A stretch of DNA of 30,494 nucleotides. It comes from a virus. Lineage: Duplodnaviria; Caudoviricetes. Location of the stretch: positions 1 to 30,494 of IMG/VR virus record IMGVR_UViG_3300033067_001482. One strand, 5' to 3'. Positions within the stretch are counted from its first letter, which is position 1. Each line of letters begins with the position of its first letter. The translations under genes and the position numbers were made by a program. Of this stretch, positions 14,525 through 23,895 are shown one piece after another. The notes under the pieces were generated by a model. That model saw only the letters and a program-made list of their open reading frames with translations. It did no database searches and was not told the origin of the DNA.

Positions 14525-14922
14525 TATAGGGCCTCCTCGGTGGCGCGCCAGGTGCGAGCGTAGCGGTATGTCGATTCGGTTCCGTCGGGCTCGGTTATCG
14601 TTATGAGCATGTTGATGCGCTCGGGGCCGTGGATCTCCGCTTCGACGACGACGCTTTTCGCGATGCCTTCGTCTATGAGCCAGGCGAGCGCTCGGCGGGC
14701 CTCCTCGGCGTAGTCGTTCTTGAGCGAATTCGTGAGGGATTCCGCTTCAAGGATTTCAAGCTCGGAGCCGAGCGTGGAGTCTGCCCACCATCCGGTGAGG
14801 GTGTAAAGCGAGATATACACGGCCGTCGAGAGGCCGCCGTCCATAGCGAGCTGGCCGGCTTGCCATACGGTAGCGCCGCCGTCGGGCGTAGGCTGTAGCT
14901 TGATGTCGCCGTCGTAGGTCAT
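14524..14922 (-). CDS. Baseplate protein, Mu gp46-like
   Basis: L.TAVYISL.T, GWWAD...GS.L and A..ALAWLID.G.A..V.V. Confidence 0.92.
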   Translation of the reverse strand: MTYDGDIKLQPTPDGGATVWQAGQLAMDGGLSTAVYISLYTLTGWWADSTLGSELEILEAESLTNSLKNDYAEEARRALAWLIDEGIAKSVVVEAEIHGPERINMLITITEPDGTESTYRYARTWRATEEAL

Positions 14923-14926
14923 GCGA

Positions 14927-15436
14927 TCAGCCTCCCGTTTTGATGGTGGTCGTCTTGGCGGCCGAGATATTAAGCGACATAGGCGTCACGGGGGGCGTAC
15001 CCGCGGAGCCGTGTACGTGCAAATTGAGCGATGTAATGAAGGATTGCAGGGCCGTATTTAGTTCGGCGTGCGTGACGAAGTTTTTACTATTTCCGTTCAG
15101 CTCGATGTTGCCAACAGCGTCGAGATATATTTTCGACTTGACCGTCTTTCCGTCGGCGGTCGTCGAGTAGATGAGTACTTCGCCGTCGGTCAGTTCAAGC
15201 GTGATTTGATAGTTCGCGGCGCCGATTACGACGCGGGTTTTTCCGCCAGCATACGGCACCATGAGGACGCGCGAGCCCTTCGGTGGGCGACTGAAAAAGC
15301 CGGAGGGGCCGAAAACCTCGGCCTCGGTATCCACGTCGCCGATTCCTTTTCCGGTCGTTACGACCTGCCGGCCGGGGGCTCCGGCGCGTATCTTGAGCGC
15401 GCTGGACACGACGCGGACGAGTTCAATTATTCCCAC
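14927..15436 (-). CDS. Baseplate spike, Mu gp45 / gpV-like
   Basis: GF.SRPP.G, GEV.IYS and a C-terminal HxH (LHVHG) metal-binding tip. Confidence 0.88.
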   Translation of the reverse strand: MGIIELVRVVSSALKIRAGAPGRQVVTTGKGIGDVDTEAEVFGPSGFFSRPPKGSRVLMVPYAGGKTRVVIGAANYQITLELTDGEVLIYSTTADGKTVKSKIYLDAVGNIELNGNSKNFVTHAELNTALQSFITSLNLHVHGSAGTPPVTPMSLNISAAKTTTIKTGG

Positions 15437-16452
15437 GGCGTGCTCCTCGGAATTTCACCCGAGTACGTTTCGGGAAGGACGAGGCGGAAAGTAGTTTGCT
15501 TGCCTTCGGGCGAGAGCGTGAAGGTGCAGCCGGCGACGATATACTTCGCGCGGGTACGCAAAAGCGACGAGGGCGCGAGTAAGGTCACGGCCTGGCGCTC
15601 GGCCCATAGCTTGCCGTCGGGGCGCCGCCATCCGGCTACGGACGCGGAGGCAGAGAAGGCGCTGGCCTCGGATTCCGCGCGGAGGCGTGCGGCGGTCGTG
15701 TCGGGCTTCTCGTCTACTTCGCCGACGCTTACGAGGAGCGGGCGGTATGCCTTGATGCTCGCGTCGCGCGAGGTTCCTACGACGCCGGGCTCTCCGGCGA
15801 ACTGCGTGGCGGCCTTGTATACAGAGTAGACCTTCGCGTCGTCAAAGGTGGCGGAGGCGGACAGTAGCGGGTACTCGCCTTCGGTGAAATCGGCTACGAC
15901 GGGGCGGTCTTTCAAGGCGCGGCCCCACGAGATTACGAGCTTTCCGTCGTAGCTCGAATTGAGAAGCAAGAGGCGCGGGGCAGCGAGAGAATTAAGGAAC
16001 CGCGCGGGAGTGTCGCCGTAGTCGGCGCGAGCAAGGTCAATCGGGTTCGTGTCGTTGTCGGCGCGTACCTTGATGCCGAAAGGCTTGCATACCTGGCTGG
16101 CAATAGTAGAGAGCGCGAGGCCGTTGTACTCAAGTGGGCCGTCGATGGAGCAATCGTTTAGAGGGCCGGTGAGCGAGCGACCTTGTAGCGTGAGCATGCG
16201 GCCGTCCTCTGTCAAGGGTGCCGCAATATGCTCAAGCGTGCCGGTCAAGATTATATCGTCGCCGATGTAGACTTCGACGCGGGGATACTGCCGGGGCCGC
16301 AGGTCGCGGAACGCAGGGAGAGACGGATCAAAAGGCACGGACACCGAGAAGGCGTCGGAAATGGTATCGACGGCCATGTCGATCGAGACGCCCGTCCAGC
16401 CGGCATATTCGCGGCCGTTTATGACGAGCCGCACGTCGTCAGGGCTACGCAT
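15427..16452 (-). CDS. Baseplate hub, Mu gp44 / gpP-like
   Basis: L.INGR.Y.GW..V.I, GRSLTG.L.DCS, YRPL and V.GWR..DG.LW. Confidence 0.92.
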   Translation of the reverse strand: MRSPDDVRLVINGREYAGWTGVSIDMAVDTISDAFSVSVPFDPSLPAFRDLRPRQYPRVEVYIGDDIILTGTLEHIAAPLTEDGRMLTLQGRSLTGPLNDCSIDGPLEYNGLALSTIASQVCKPFGIKVRADNDTNPIDLARADYGDTPARFLNSLAAPRLLLLNSSYDGKLVISWGRALKDRPVVADFTEGEYPLLSASATFDDAKVYSVYKAATQFAGEPGVVGTSRDASIKAYRPLLVSVGEVDEKPDTTAARLRAESEASAFSASASVAGWRRPDGKLWAERQAVTLLAPSSLLRTRAKYIVAGCTFTLSPEGKQTTFRLVLPETYSGEIPRSTPWE

Positions 16453-17650
16453 AATACCGCCACTCCGTACCGGCGGGTACGACGAGGATCATGTCGCCGC
16501 CCCACTCATTCCAAGAGATGAGATCCGCATAGCGGTCGGCGTCTCCAAGGTACTTGTACGCAAGATCGAAGGGCGTCGCGGCTTCGGCGGATACGACACG
16601 GCGCTCGGCCGGCAGGTCGTAGGCGCTCGAAAGCAAGTACGCGCTCGCGCGGGCGCGGAGTTCGGCCAAGAGCGAAAGGAGCGCGGGGTCGGGAACGTAG
16701 CCGACGGATTGCGCGTACTCTATGGCCGTCTCCACTATGGCAAGCGCGGCGTCGAGGCGTTCGGCTATAGATACGGCTTCGGTGCGGTTTCCGATGGTGC
16801 CAGCCGTGACCGCTTCCGCGACTGCTATCGCGTTGGCTATCATGTCAAGGACGCCGGCGACGGCCGTCGCAAGCGGAGTGCCGCCAAGGGCTTCGGCTGC
16901 GCTTACGATGAGGCCGGAATAGCCCTCGACCTTTGCCGCGATGCCGGAGTCCAGGCGGGCGGGTATGCGGGCCAGGGCGACGACGGAGCCGGCGAGTAGC
17001 GCGGGGGTGCCGGCGAGCGTGTCTATGCCGATTTCGATGGCGCGAGCGCCAGACTCTAGGGCCGAGCGGGCGTCGTCGGAGGCAGAGGCTACGCTTTGAA
17101 GTGCCGCGTTCGTGGCTTTGACGCGCGAGACGATCTTCGACTTGATGCGCGCGAGGTCGGTGGCGTTGTCCGCTTCGAGCTGTGCGGACTCGGCTGCGGA
17201 AGCGGCGGCCTGGTCGGCGGCGGCTTGTATGGCCGCGGCGGTATTATCCGAGACGGTAAGCGTCGAGAGGTCGGGAGCGTGGACGAATTCAACCGTGAAG
17301 CTTGAGCGGCGGAGGCCGTCGACGTAGTTTTCCGATTGGCTCCAGGTGAAGGGCAGCACGTCGATGTCGCCCCATCGCGGGTGCTTGAGCTTCGCTCGGC
17401 CACGCTCGCCGAGAGCCGCATCGAAGGCGTCGCCGAACAGGTCGCAGTCGGGGCCGATAAAATATAATTCCATCGCGTACCGGCGGGCCGCGTTGCCGTT
17501 GTCCTGCACCTCGGCGATGTTGGACTGCGGTATCTCGAAGATCGCGGCCTTCTTGCTGCCGGAGCGCGTGAGGTCGTCCCATAGGGGGCGGTGCTCGGTG
17601 CCGGACGGTGAGACATAGACAAGCTCGCGGAGGCGGTCGATTTGGCTCAT
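16445..17650 (-). CDS. Mu gpN-like DNA circularisation / tail-associated protein
   Basis: E.P......VQD.G...RR, AL...G...L.HP.WG and F...FV at the N-terminus, with a LysM-like C-terminus (LAY.YLGD..RY..L...N). Confidence 0.88.
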   Translation of the reverse strand: MSQIDRLRELVYVSPSGTEHRPLWDDLTRSGSKKAAIFEIPQSNIAEVQDNGNAARRYAMELYFIGPDCDLFGDAFDAALGERGRAKLKHPRWGDIDVLPFTWSQSENYVDGLRRSSFTVEFVHAPDLSTLTVSDNTAAAIQAAADQAAASAAESAQLEADNATDLARIKSKIVSRVKATNAALQSVASASDDARSALESGARAIEIGIDTLAGTPALLAGSVVALARIPARLDSGIAAKVEGYSGLIVSAAEALGGTPLATAVAGVLDMIANAIAVAEAVTAGTIGNRTEAVSIAERLDAALAIVETAIEYAQSVGYVPDPALLSLLAELRARASAYLLSSAYDLPAERRVVSAEAATPFDLAYKYLGDADRYADLISWNEWGGDMILVVPAGTEWRYYA

Positions 17651-18954
17651 CGGCTCCGCCCCATTGTCGGCCCCTGGTTTACCGTTATGCCTGGGGCGCT
17701 GCCGGTCTGGCGCATAGAGGTGCCGCCGGGGAGATTATTGAAGTTTACGTCGAGGGTCGAGTTCGAGGTGGAGGAAACGGGGGCGAGCCCTTGGACGGCA
17801 GCCCGGCTCGATTGCGAAGGCCCGGCGGTGTTGCGGGAGCGCGCTGATACGCCTGCGGCAGCGTTGTCGCCATTGTACACGCCTTCGCCGCCCATGCCGC
17901 CGAAGAACTTCTCGATCTTGTCCCAGTTGGCTACTATGAGCGTAATGAGTGTAACCGCTGCGCCGATGGCGAGTACCCAGGGATTGCCGGCGCCCATGAG
18001 CGAGGTCGCTATGCTTACGGCCTTGATACCGGCGGCTAGGCTAAGAAGGCCCGAAAGCGTGCCGGGCGAGGTGATGAATTCTATGCCTTTGGCGACACCG
18101 TTGAAAACGGCTTCCATTTTCTGCCCGATGAGGTCTTGATTTGACTCTACCCAGGCGCCGATTTTTTCGACAACGCCGTTCAGGCGCTTCGAGAATTCGA
18201 TCATAATGGGGAGAGCCGACTTCATGGCACGGGCGGCCACTTGCTCGATGTTCGTGGCGAGGACACGTTTTTGGTTCGCGTAGCTCGTGGCGAGGGTCTT
18301 GGCAAAATCGCCTTGCGCGTCGGCGCTGGCTTGCATGAGGTAGGCATAGCGTAGCTCGATCTGCTCGCCTTGCTTCATGGCGGCCCAGCGCTTTTTGATG
18401 CCCTGCGTGAGCGCGAAGGCTTCGAGGTTCGCCACGGACATATTGATGCCGAGCTGCTTGAGCGGTTCAGTTTCGCCGGATATACCGGAGCGGATTTTGT
18501 CAAAAGCTTCTTGTGCGTCGAGGTTGTAAAAGCTGGCGAAGTCGCCGGCGAGGGCGGACAAGTCGGTCGCCATCGCGACCATGCCGTCGCCGGCGAGGCC
18601 AGAGCTTTTAAGCATCGCGCCCATTGTGCCTGAGAATTTTTTAGCCTGTAGCTCGGAGAGGCCGAACGCCTTGAGGGCGCTATTCGCCCAGGCGTTAACC
18701 TTGCCCGCGCCCTCGGCCCCGAAGCTTGTGTCGACGACGTTCTGGACTTCGGTCAGGTCGGAGGCAAGGTCGAGCCCTTTTTTCGCCAGTAGGCCGAGCG
18801 ATACTACTGCGGCTCCGGCGACGATATTGATGCCTTTGTTCAGGCCGTCGACGACTTTGTTCATGTCGACGACGCCCTTTTTCATGTGGCGTACCGGCCC
18901 GGTCATCCGGTCGACGGCGGAGAAAATGGTTTGTAGTGTAAGCGCTTTCGTCAT
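17647..18954 (-). CDS. Tail tape measure protein (short, 435 aa)
   Basis: A.DRMT.P N-terminus, helical A/G-rich core and hydrophobic segments. Follows the chaperone pair. Confidence 0.88.
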   Translation of the reverse strand: MTKALTLQTIFSAVDRMTGPVRHMKKGVVDMNKVVDGLNKGINIVAGAAVVSLGLLAKKGLDLASDLTEVQNVVDTSFGAEGAGKVNAWANSALKAFGLSELQAKKFSGTMGAMLKSSGLAGDGMVAMATDLSALAGDFASFYNLDAQEAFDKIRSGISGETEPLKQLGINMSVANLEAFALTQGIKKRWAAMKQGEQIELRYAYLMQASADAQGDFAKTLATSYANQKRVLATNIEQVAARAMKSALPIMIEFSKRLNGVVEKIGAWVESNQDLIGQKMEAVFNGVAKGIEFITSPGTLSGLLSLAAGIKAVSIATSLMGAGNPWVLAIGAAVTLITLIVANWDKIEKFFGGMGGEGVYNGDNAAAGVSARSRNTAGPSQSSRAAVQGLAPVSSTSNSTLDVNFNNLPGGTSMRQTGSAPGITVNQGPTMGRSR

Positions 18955-18965
18955 TGCCTCCGCCT

Positions 18966-19112
18966 TTACTTGCCTAGCCCGAGCCGTGCTTCATACCAAA
19001 ATTCGAGCCGCGATATGGGCATCTTCTCGACCGGCCCTTCGCCTGGAAATTGTGCGGCAACCGTCACGAGCATCTCCCGCACAAACGACTTTTTTACCTG
19101 CCGAAAAAACCC
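18966..19112 (-). CDS. -1 frameshift extension of the tail assembly chaperone (gpGT-like)
   Basis: The -1 frame is open from the slippery site and encodes ...VEKMPISRLEFWYEA..., typical of chaperone extensions. Confidence 0.8.
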   Translation of the reverse strand, partial: GFFRQVKKSFVREMLVTVAAQFPGEGPVEKMPISRLEFWYEARLGLGK

Positions 19113-19549
19113 AGCTCCACCATGATGTCCTTGAGGGCATCCACGTCGCGCGCCTTGATGCGGTCGCCGATCCCGACGGCTAGATCGCCGGTTTTGACGA
19201 GCGCGCGAATGGTCATGTCCACCCATTGCCCGAGGTTTACGCCGCCATTGGTATAGACGGACGAGGCGCCGCGTATGTACTCAAGTTCGAGCGCGGTGGC
19301 TTCGCGGAATTTCACGAATTCCATTTTTTCGCCGTTCTTGAGCTTCAAGGGGGCCGAGAGTCTGAATTCCAGGGCTTCGGCTTTCGGGTCATAGACGAGC
19401 GAGCCGCGCTCTATGAACGGGACAAGGGCGCTCGTCTCCGGCTCGTCTAAGGGCTGGAAGCCGAAGGCGTCGCGTATGTCCTGCATGGTGCGAATCGCTG
19501 CGGCATGAGCCTCGGCGGCTTCCTCGGGGGTGAGGGCTGGGGCGTCCAC
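19094..19549 (-). CDS. Tail assembly chaperone
   Basis: Between tube and TMP, with L..PL....GE......FRE.T and D.I...D...L motifs, ending in a slippery site. Confidence 0.85.
   Translation of the reverse strand: MDAPALTPEEAAEAHAAAIRTMQDIRDAFGFQPLDEPETSALVPFIERGSLVYDPKAEALEFRLSAPLKLKNGEKMEFVKFREATALELEYIRGASSVYTNGGVNLGQWVDMTIRALVKTGDLAVGIGDRIKARDVDALKDIMVELGFFGR
19106..19112 (-). promoter_or_regulatory. Programmed -1 frameshift heptamer G GGT TTT
   Basis: XXXYYYZ motif in the correct phase, with three sense codons between it and the chaperone stop. Confidence 0.82.
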
Positions 19550-19932
19550 TATATGCGCTCCATCTTCGGGCCACGCATGGTGAGGCCAGCGGCGCCGGTT
19601 CCGGTGTTCAGCTTGAGCTCGCCTTCGATGCCGAGCGAGCCGCGCCAGGTCTGGCCGTCGGCGGTGCCGAGCACTACGGATACGGGCTCGCCGGCGTTCT
19701 TTATGTCTTGCAGGTATTCCAGGTCGCCGCGAGACGAGTCGATGGACACCTCGGCGCCGTCTATACCGCCGAGGACGCGTTTCTGCGTGCCGACCATGAC
19801 GCCGTTGCCGGCGGCCTTGTACTCGTTGTCGAAGCCGCCCTCCATGATCTCGAACGCCGCCTCGGGCGAGGGCTCGAATTCCCGACCGTTGATCTTGAAC
19901 TGGCGAATGTCTCCGCCGCGTACCGTTGCCAT
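19549..19932 (-). CDS. Tail tube protein (Mu gpM-like)
   Basis: 127 aa, directly after the sheath gene, AAGGAG RBS, beta-rich. Confidence 0.85.
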   Translation of the reverse strand: MATVRGGDIRQFKINGREFEPSPEAAFEIMEGGFDNEYKAAGNGVMVGTQKRVLGGIDGAEVSIDSSRGDLEYLQDIKNAGEPVSVVLGTADGQTWRGSLGIEGELKLNTGTGAAGLTMRGPKMERI

Positions 19933-19942
19933 GCTGTTCTCC

Positions 19943-21430
19943 TTATGCCGCTACGGCGGGAGCGTAAAAGCCCCAGGCTACCCGGCCCGCGATAATGCGG
20001 AGGCCGGCCGAGAATACGTCGGGGATGAGCAGGTTAATGCGTCCGGGGTTCGTCGCGTCGATCTCGGTCACGATGCCGGCTTTTACGGCGGCGATTTCCT
20101 TCGTGAGCCCGAGTTCGGCCCACCACTCGACGAGGGTGAAGGCGTCGGCCTTGACGACCTTCGGGCTTATAGCGTAGGCGACCGCGGATACGGCGGCATC
20201 GTCTACCACGATGGCGTCGCCGTAGGGGGCTGCGCTGAAAAGGGTGTCGAGGCTGTAAAGCTTAAACGCCCAGTTCCCGAGCCACGCTGCAAAGCGATAC
20301 GTGTCGTCGGCCACGCCCTGCGCGTCGGTTTCGTAGGTGGTCACGAAGTCGATCATTTTGACCGTGCCGTCGGGCTCGTTGCGCGTGGTAGATCCGCCGA
20401 CTTTCACCGTCGCATCTTGCTCGGCATACGTCCAGGCGGCAGCCTGGCCGGCGCGTATTCCAACGAGAGGGCGGAAGCGCATCGGGGTGCCGGGCTGTAT
20501 CTGCTGGCGGGCCGCGAAAAGGGCCGCGGCGCAGGCCGCTACTTCGAGGGGGAGGCTCGGGCTGTCCTCGGCGGGTACCCAGGACGCGAACTTGGAATTC
20601 CTGGCGTCGACGGCGGTCTTGAAATCGGCTTTCGCGCCGGTGTAGCCGAACACGCCGAGGAACGGCATTTTCACGCCGGAGCCGTTGCGGACTTCGGCAG
20701 CCGCTTCGAGGGCGGATATGCTCGTCGCGTCCTGGTAGGGGCAGGCGATGGAGGTGTACCACGTACCGCCGAGGAGGCCGAGCGCGGTGGTCGGGTCAGG
20801 GTTCGTCGCGCCGGAGGCCATCGTGCCGAGGGTCAGCGCCACGCCGGCAGGTTCGGCGGAGGCGTCGCCGGAGTCGAGGTCTTTCTGGATGCGGATATCG
20901 TTTCCGGTGGCGCCCTTCCATCGGCAAGTCAAAGTTACGGTCGCGGTGTTGACCGCGGCGGTAACGGGGAGGTCGAGGGCCGCGTCGATGGCGGCCTTGA
21001 TCTTCGTCGCTATATTAGCGGTCGTATCGCCTGCGGCTATGGCGACGGGTATTTTCTGGCCGGCGATAAACAGGGCAATCGTACCGGCAGCGGTAGCGGC
21101 GGCGGTGGCGATGATGGTGCCCGAGGCTGCTACGCCTCCGCCGGCATCCGCGAGCGGTATGGCGTAGATCGGGACGCCGGGGGCCTGGGCGAAAGCCTTG
21201 CGCGCCATGAGGTGCAGCATGGAGCCGCGGCCGTAGAGGGTCATGGCGTCGGCTTCGGTAGCCAGGAGCGCCGGGACGTTGGCGGTCGGGGTCTTTCCGG
21301 CGTTGTACTGCCCGAGCAGAGCGATGCGGTGCTGTATGATGAGGCCGGAAACGCCCGCGCGCTTGCCTGCCTGCTCCAAGAAAACCGCGCTCGCGGCGGC
21401 GTTGGCTGGTACCGTGTCATAACTAATCAC
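19943..21430 (-). CDS. Tail sheath protein (Mu gpL-like)
   Basis: A..LYGRGSML..M, LPVTA, LT.RWKG.TGNDI, M..GA.NPD and NP.R.N...P. Confidence 0.95.
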   Translation of the reverse strand: MISYDTVPANAAASAVFLEQAGKRAGVSGLIIQHRIALLGQYNAGKTPTANVPALLATEADAMTLYGRGSMLHLMARKAFAQAPGVPIYAIPLADAGGGVAASGTIIATAAATAAGTIALFIAGQKIPVAIAAGDTTANIATKIKAAIDAALDLPVTAAVNTATVTLTCRWKGATGNDIRIQKDLDSGDASAEPAGVALTLGTMASGATNPDPTTALGLLGGTWYTSIACPYQDATSISALEAAAEVRNGSGVKMPFLGVFGYTGAKADFKTAVDARNSKFASWVPAEDSPSLPLEVAACAAALFAARQQIQPGTPMRFRPLVGIRAGQAAAWTYAEQDATVKVGGSTTRNEPDGTVKMIDFVTTYETDAQGVADDTYRFAAWLGNWAFKLYSLDTLFSAAPYGDAIVVDDAAVSAVAYAISPKVVKADAFTLVEWWAELGLTKEIAAVKAGIVTEIDATNPGRINLLIPDVFSAGLRIIAGRVAWGFYAPAVAA

Positions 21431-21441
21431 GGCGGCCTCCT

Positions 21442-21978
21442 TTACAGGGTATAGAGATTTGAAAACTTGCCCACAGTCGCAGCGATTTCGTCGAGCGGCA
21501 CGAGGGCAAGGTCGTCGGGTTCATATGCGTATGTAATTTCGATAGTCCACGCGCCGGCGAGGATCGTGGAGTCCATCGTCGCGTCGTCGAAGGAAATGCG
21601 GGCCCATGAGGGCCGGGCAATCTTGCCGATGGCGCCGACCGCCTGGCCGAAGTCGTAGCCCTCGCGGGCGAGTAAGGCGCGGCGCACTTGTTCCTTGAGA
21701 AGCCCCAGGCGCGCGTATGCGGCGGAGTCGTCGGTCATGGTAGGAACGAGGCAAAATATCTTTATTCGGGCCGTATAGTCGCGGCCTTCGGGGGTGTCTG
21801 TTTCAAGCTCGATATTTACAAGCGGGGCGGTGAGGTCTTGCAGGGGCGCGGAGCGGTCGCGCTCGATGTTATACGCGAGAGCCGCGTTGATAGCCTTGTC
21901 GGCGTCGCGGTGCGTCGTAATCTTGGCTTTTATGCCGTCGAGGATTTTGTCGTCGAGGCCGAGGGTGGTGGCGCTCAT
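21442..21978 (-). CDS. Tail terminator / tail completion protein
   Basis: Size and position immediately before the sheath gene, ATGA-coupled. Confidence 0.65.
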   Translation of the reverse strand: MSATTLGLDDKILDGIKAKITTHRDADKAINAALAYNIERDRSAPLQDLTAPLVNIELETDTPEGRDYTARIKIFCLVPTMTDDSAAYARLGLLKEQVRRALLAREGYDFGQAVGAIGKIARPSWARISFDDATMDSTILAGAWTIEITYAYEPDDLALVPLDEIAATVGKFSNLYTL

Positions 21979-22331
21979 GCTGCCGCGTTCCTCTTGAGGA
22001 TGATGGTCACGAGGCCGGCGGTTTCGTCGATCATAACGTCGGCAAAGCGATATGCCCGGCCGCCTATGGTGGCGACCCAGCCGGGAATTTTTAGCACTTC
22101 GGGATCAGTTACGGAATTATCAGAAAGCTCGTCCAGCGAAAATGAAGCGGAAGCGGCAGCGCCTACGACGGCCATACCGTCAGCGTTTACGCTCATGCCT
22201 CGGCTAAAATGGAGGCAGGCCAAGGGGAAAGGCGCAAGTTCCAAAGCCGCGGGGGCAGCGAGGACAGCGGAGTCTCCGTCAAGGCCGAGGATTGCTTTCG
22301 CATCTTGCTGGACGAGCTGGGACAAGGACAT
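21975..22331 (-). CDS. Head closure / head-tail joining protein (gpFII-like)
   Basis: Position after the capsid gene and C-terminal I.GR.Y....V..D..G....IL pattern. Confidence 0.65.
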   Translation of the reverse strand: MSLSQLVQQDAKAILGLDGDSAVLAAPAALELAPFPLACLHFSRGMSVNADGMAVVGAAASASFSLDELSDNSVTDPEVLKIPGWVATIGGRAYRFADVMIDETAGLVTIILKRNAAA

Positions 22332-22337
22332 TCTCTG

Positions 22338-22481
22338 TTACTTCTTTTCCTTGGGCTCGGGCTTCGGGTCGGGCTTGGCGTCGTCCATAACCTTGTGGCC
22401 TTCGCGCTTGGCGAGAATTTCGGATACCTTGTCGGATACGGCGCCGACGTAGCCGTTCGGATATTGCAGTTTTTTGCTCAT
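22338..22481 (-). CDS. Small protein after the capsid gene (47 aa, MSKKLQYPNGYVGAVSDKVSEILAKREGHKVMDDAKPDPKPEPKEKK), not in the ORF track
   Basis: AAGGAGG RBS, ATG at 22481 and TAA at 22338. Occupies the lambda gpFI-like slot. Confidence 0.7.
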   Translation of the reverse strand: MSKKLQYPNGYVGAVSDKVSEILAKREGHKVMDDAKPDPKPEPKEKK

Positions 22482-22504
22482 GCGCGGCCTCCTTGTAGGA
22501 AGTA

Positions 22505-22528
22505 GGCGGAGCCGGTTGAGGCTCCGCC
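22505..22528 (-). terminator. GC-rich hairpin after the major capsid gene (weak terminator or mRNA stabiliser)
   Basis: Perfect 9-bp stem GGCGGAGCC-N6-GGCTCCGCC with a poor U-tract (TACTT). Confidence 0.65.
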
Positions 22529-22538
22529 GGGGTCAGGA

Positions 22539-23456
22539 TTAGGAAACGGCGGACACGACCTTGGCGGCCAAGAGCGGCAGGGTGTAGCCGGCGGCGCCGC
22601 GATAGTCGGCCAGGAAGGCCAACTTGCGGTTGAGCGGCTGGGGTACAAGGTTCTGCTCTACGTCCTGGCGCTTCTGGTAGACAAAAGGCTTGAGGCTGTA
22701 GTCTAGCGATGCGGCGTAAAAGTCGTTTACGTCTGAAGCGCCAGGGAGCACGTAAACGCCGGAAATCCAGCCCCTATAGGGATTAGCCGCTCCGCTATTA
22801 GTCAGGGCGGGATCGGCTACAGACTCAGCGACCTGGCTGAATCCGCGCTCAAGTTTGGGGTGTACAAAGAAGGTGCTCGGAGCGATGCCTACGGGCTCTC
22901 CCTTGTCGTCCTTAAACTGAAGCATGGCAAGGCGCACGGTATCGATGTCAGCCTCGATTTGCCCCACGGTCGGGGTGCCTGCGGAGATGGTGCCGGCAAG
23001 GAGGTTGTCATTCACGCGAGCGCCAGAGGCGTCAGAGAAGAAGGCTACGCCGTCAAAAGCCTTGGCGGTCGTGCCGTTCAGGATAAGACTTTCGAGGAGC
23101 TTGCCGCGGTGCATAAGGTAGCGCTCGGCCTGGGCGCGGATGCGCGGCAGGATGATATTCCACTTGTCGTCAGCGATCTCGTCCTCGTCTACGCCAACGG
23201 CCGCCGCGAAGTGCTTATTGCGGAGGGTGAAACTATACTCGGCAAGGTCGTCGATGTTAGCATCGCCGATCCATTCCTCGAATTGAGGCATGGCGCCGAG
23301 CCAGCGGTAGTCCTCTTCGGCGCCTGTCGAGGTTATCTCCATGAAAAGCTGGCCTAGTCTTACATAGGCGTTCATGGATGCCATCTCGGCAGTAGCCTTG
23401 TTAAATTCGGTGCGGAAGATTTTTTCCGCGGTTACTATCTTGCTGTTACTAAGCAT
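22539..23456 (-). CDS. Major capsid protein, Mu gpT-like
   Basis: ST...E.Y.WLG.MP...EWIG, L.NK.F...V.V....I.DD, FDG..FF and KPFVYQ.R. Confidence 0.93.
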   Translation of the reverse strand: MLSNSKIVTAEKIFRTEFNKATAEMASMNAYVRLGQLFMEITSTGAEEDYRWLGAMPQFEEWIGDANIDDLAEYSFTLRNKHFAAAVGVDEDEIADDKWNIILPRIRAQAERYLMHRGKLLESLILNGTTAKAFDGVAFFSDASGARVNDNLLAGTISAGTPTVGQIEADIDTVRLAMLQFKDDKGEPVGIAPSTFFVHPKLERGFSQVAESVADPALTNSGAANPYRGWISGVYVLPGASDVNDFYAASLDYSLKPFVYQKRQDVEQNLVPQPLNRKLAFLADYRGAAGYTLPLLAAKVVSAVS

Positions 23457-23472
23457 TTAAGGCTCCTCTCCG

Positions 23473-23892
23473 TTAAACCAGGGCCGTCTTAGGTAGGCGC
23501 TGGCGGAAGTCAATGCAAATTGCCGAGCCGACTACTACGTCAACGATTCGGCCGCAAGGGTTGGCGTTCGTCGCGGTCTTGGCTACCAGGTCGTCAGCGG
23601 TCGCGTAGGCGAAATCGTCAAGGTCAGCCTGGGCGGCGGAAGCGAAAGGAATCCAGATTTTACCGGTTTCGATTTCGATGTCGGGGTTTTCGCCAGCGCC
23701 GGCTACTACGCCATACTTTGCGACGCCGCAGGGGGTATATCCTGCGGTATCGGCGGCGAGGACTGCGAGTCCGGTGCCCGGTACTATGGCGATGATGGAG
23801 CCTTTGTATATCGTGGTTGAGGCGGTCAGCTTGGCGCGGAGGACTTCAGACGCGCCCTGGACTTTATAGCCGCGATCTGCGGATAGGGCCAT
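23473..23892 (-). CDS. Capsid cement / decoration protein
   Basis: A.L.A.R, A...IY.G..., GVA and YA..D..V motifs. Between the protease and capsid genes. Confidence 0.75.
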   Translation of the reverse strand: MALSADRGYKVQGASEVLRAKLTASTTIYKGSIIAIVPGTGLAVLAADTAGYTPCGVAKYGVVAGAGENPDIEIETGKIWIPFASAAQADLDDFAYATADDLVAKTATNANPCGRIVDVVVGSAICIDFRQRLPKTALV

Positions 23893-23895
23893 ACT

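Noticed and set aside
19113-19226. ORF 18966-19226 as an independent gene
   Set aside because: The 5' part is out-of-frame overlap with the chaperone. Only the part after the slippery site looks protein-like.
19505-21454. 649-aa + strand ORF, and many other long opposite-strand ORFs (e.g. 1569-2348, 11703-12446, 15068-15829, 21688-22452)
   Set aside because: Antisense shadows of well-supported genes in GC-rich DNA, with no recognisable motifs or expression signals.
23427-23435. CGCGGTTAC in the capsid gene 5' end (and GTTAAC near 18694, 24133 and 24421) as extra operator copies
   Set aside because: These are single half-sites inside coding sequence and are explainable by Val-Thr-Ala or Val-Asn codons.
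12849-23456. Mu-type transposable phage
   Set aside because: No MuA or MuB and no Mu-type portal or terminase. It has a tyrosine integrase with attP and lambda-type packaging genes.
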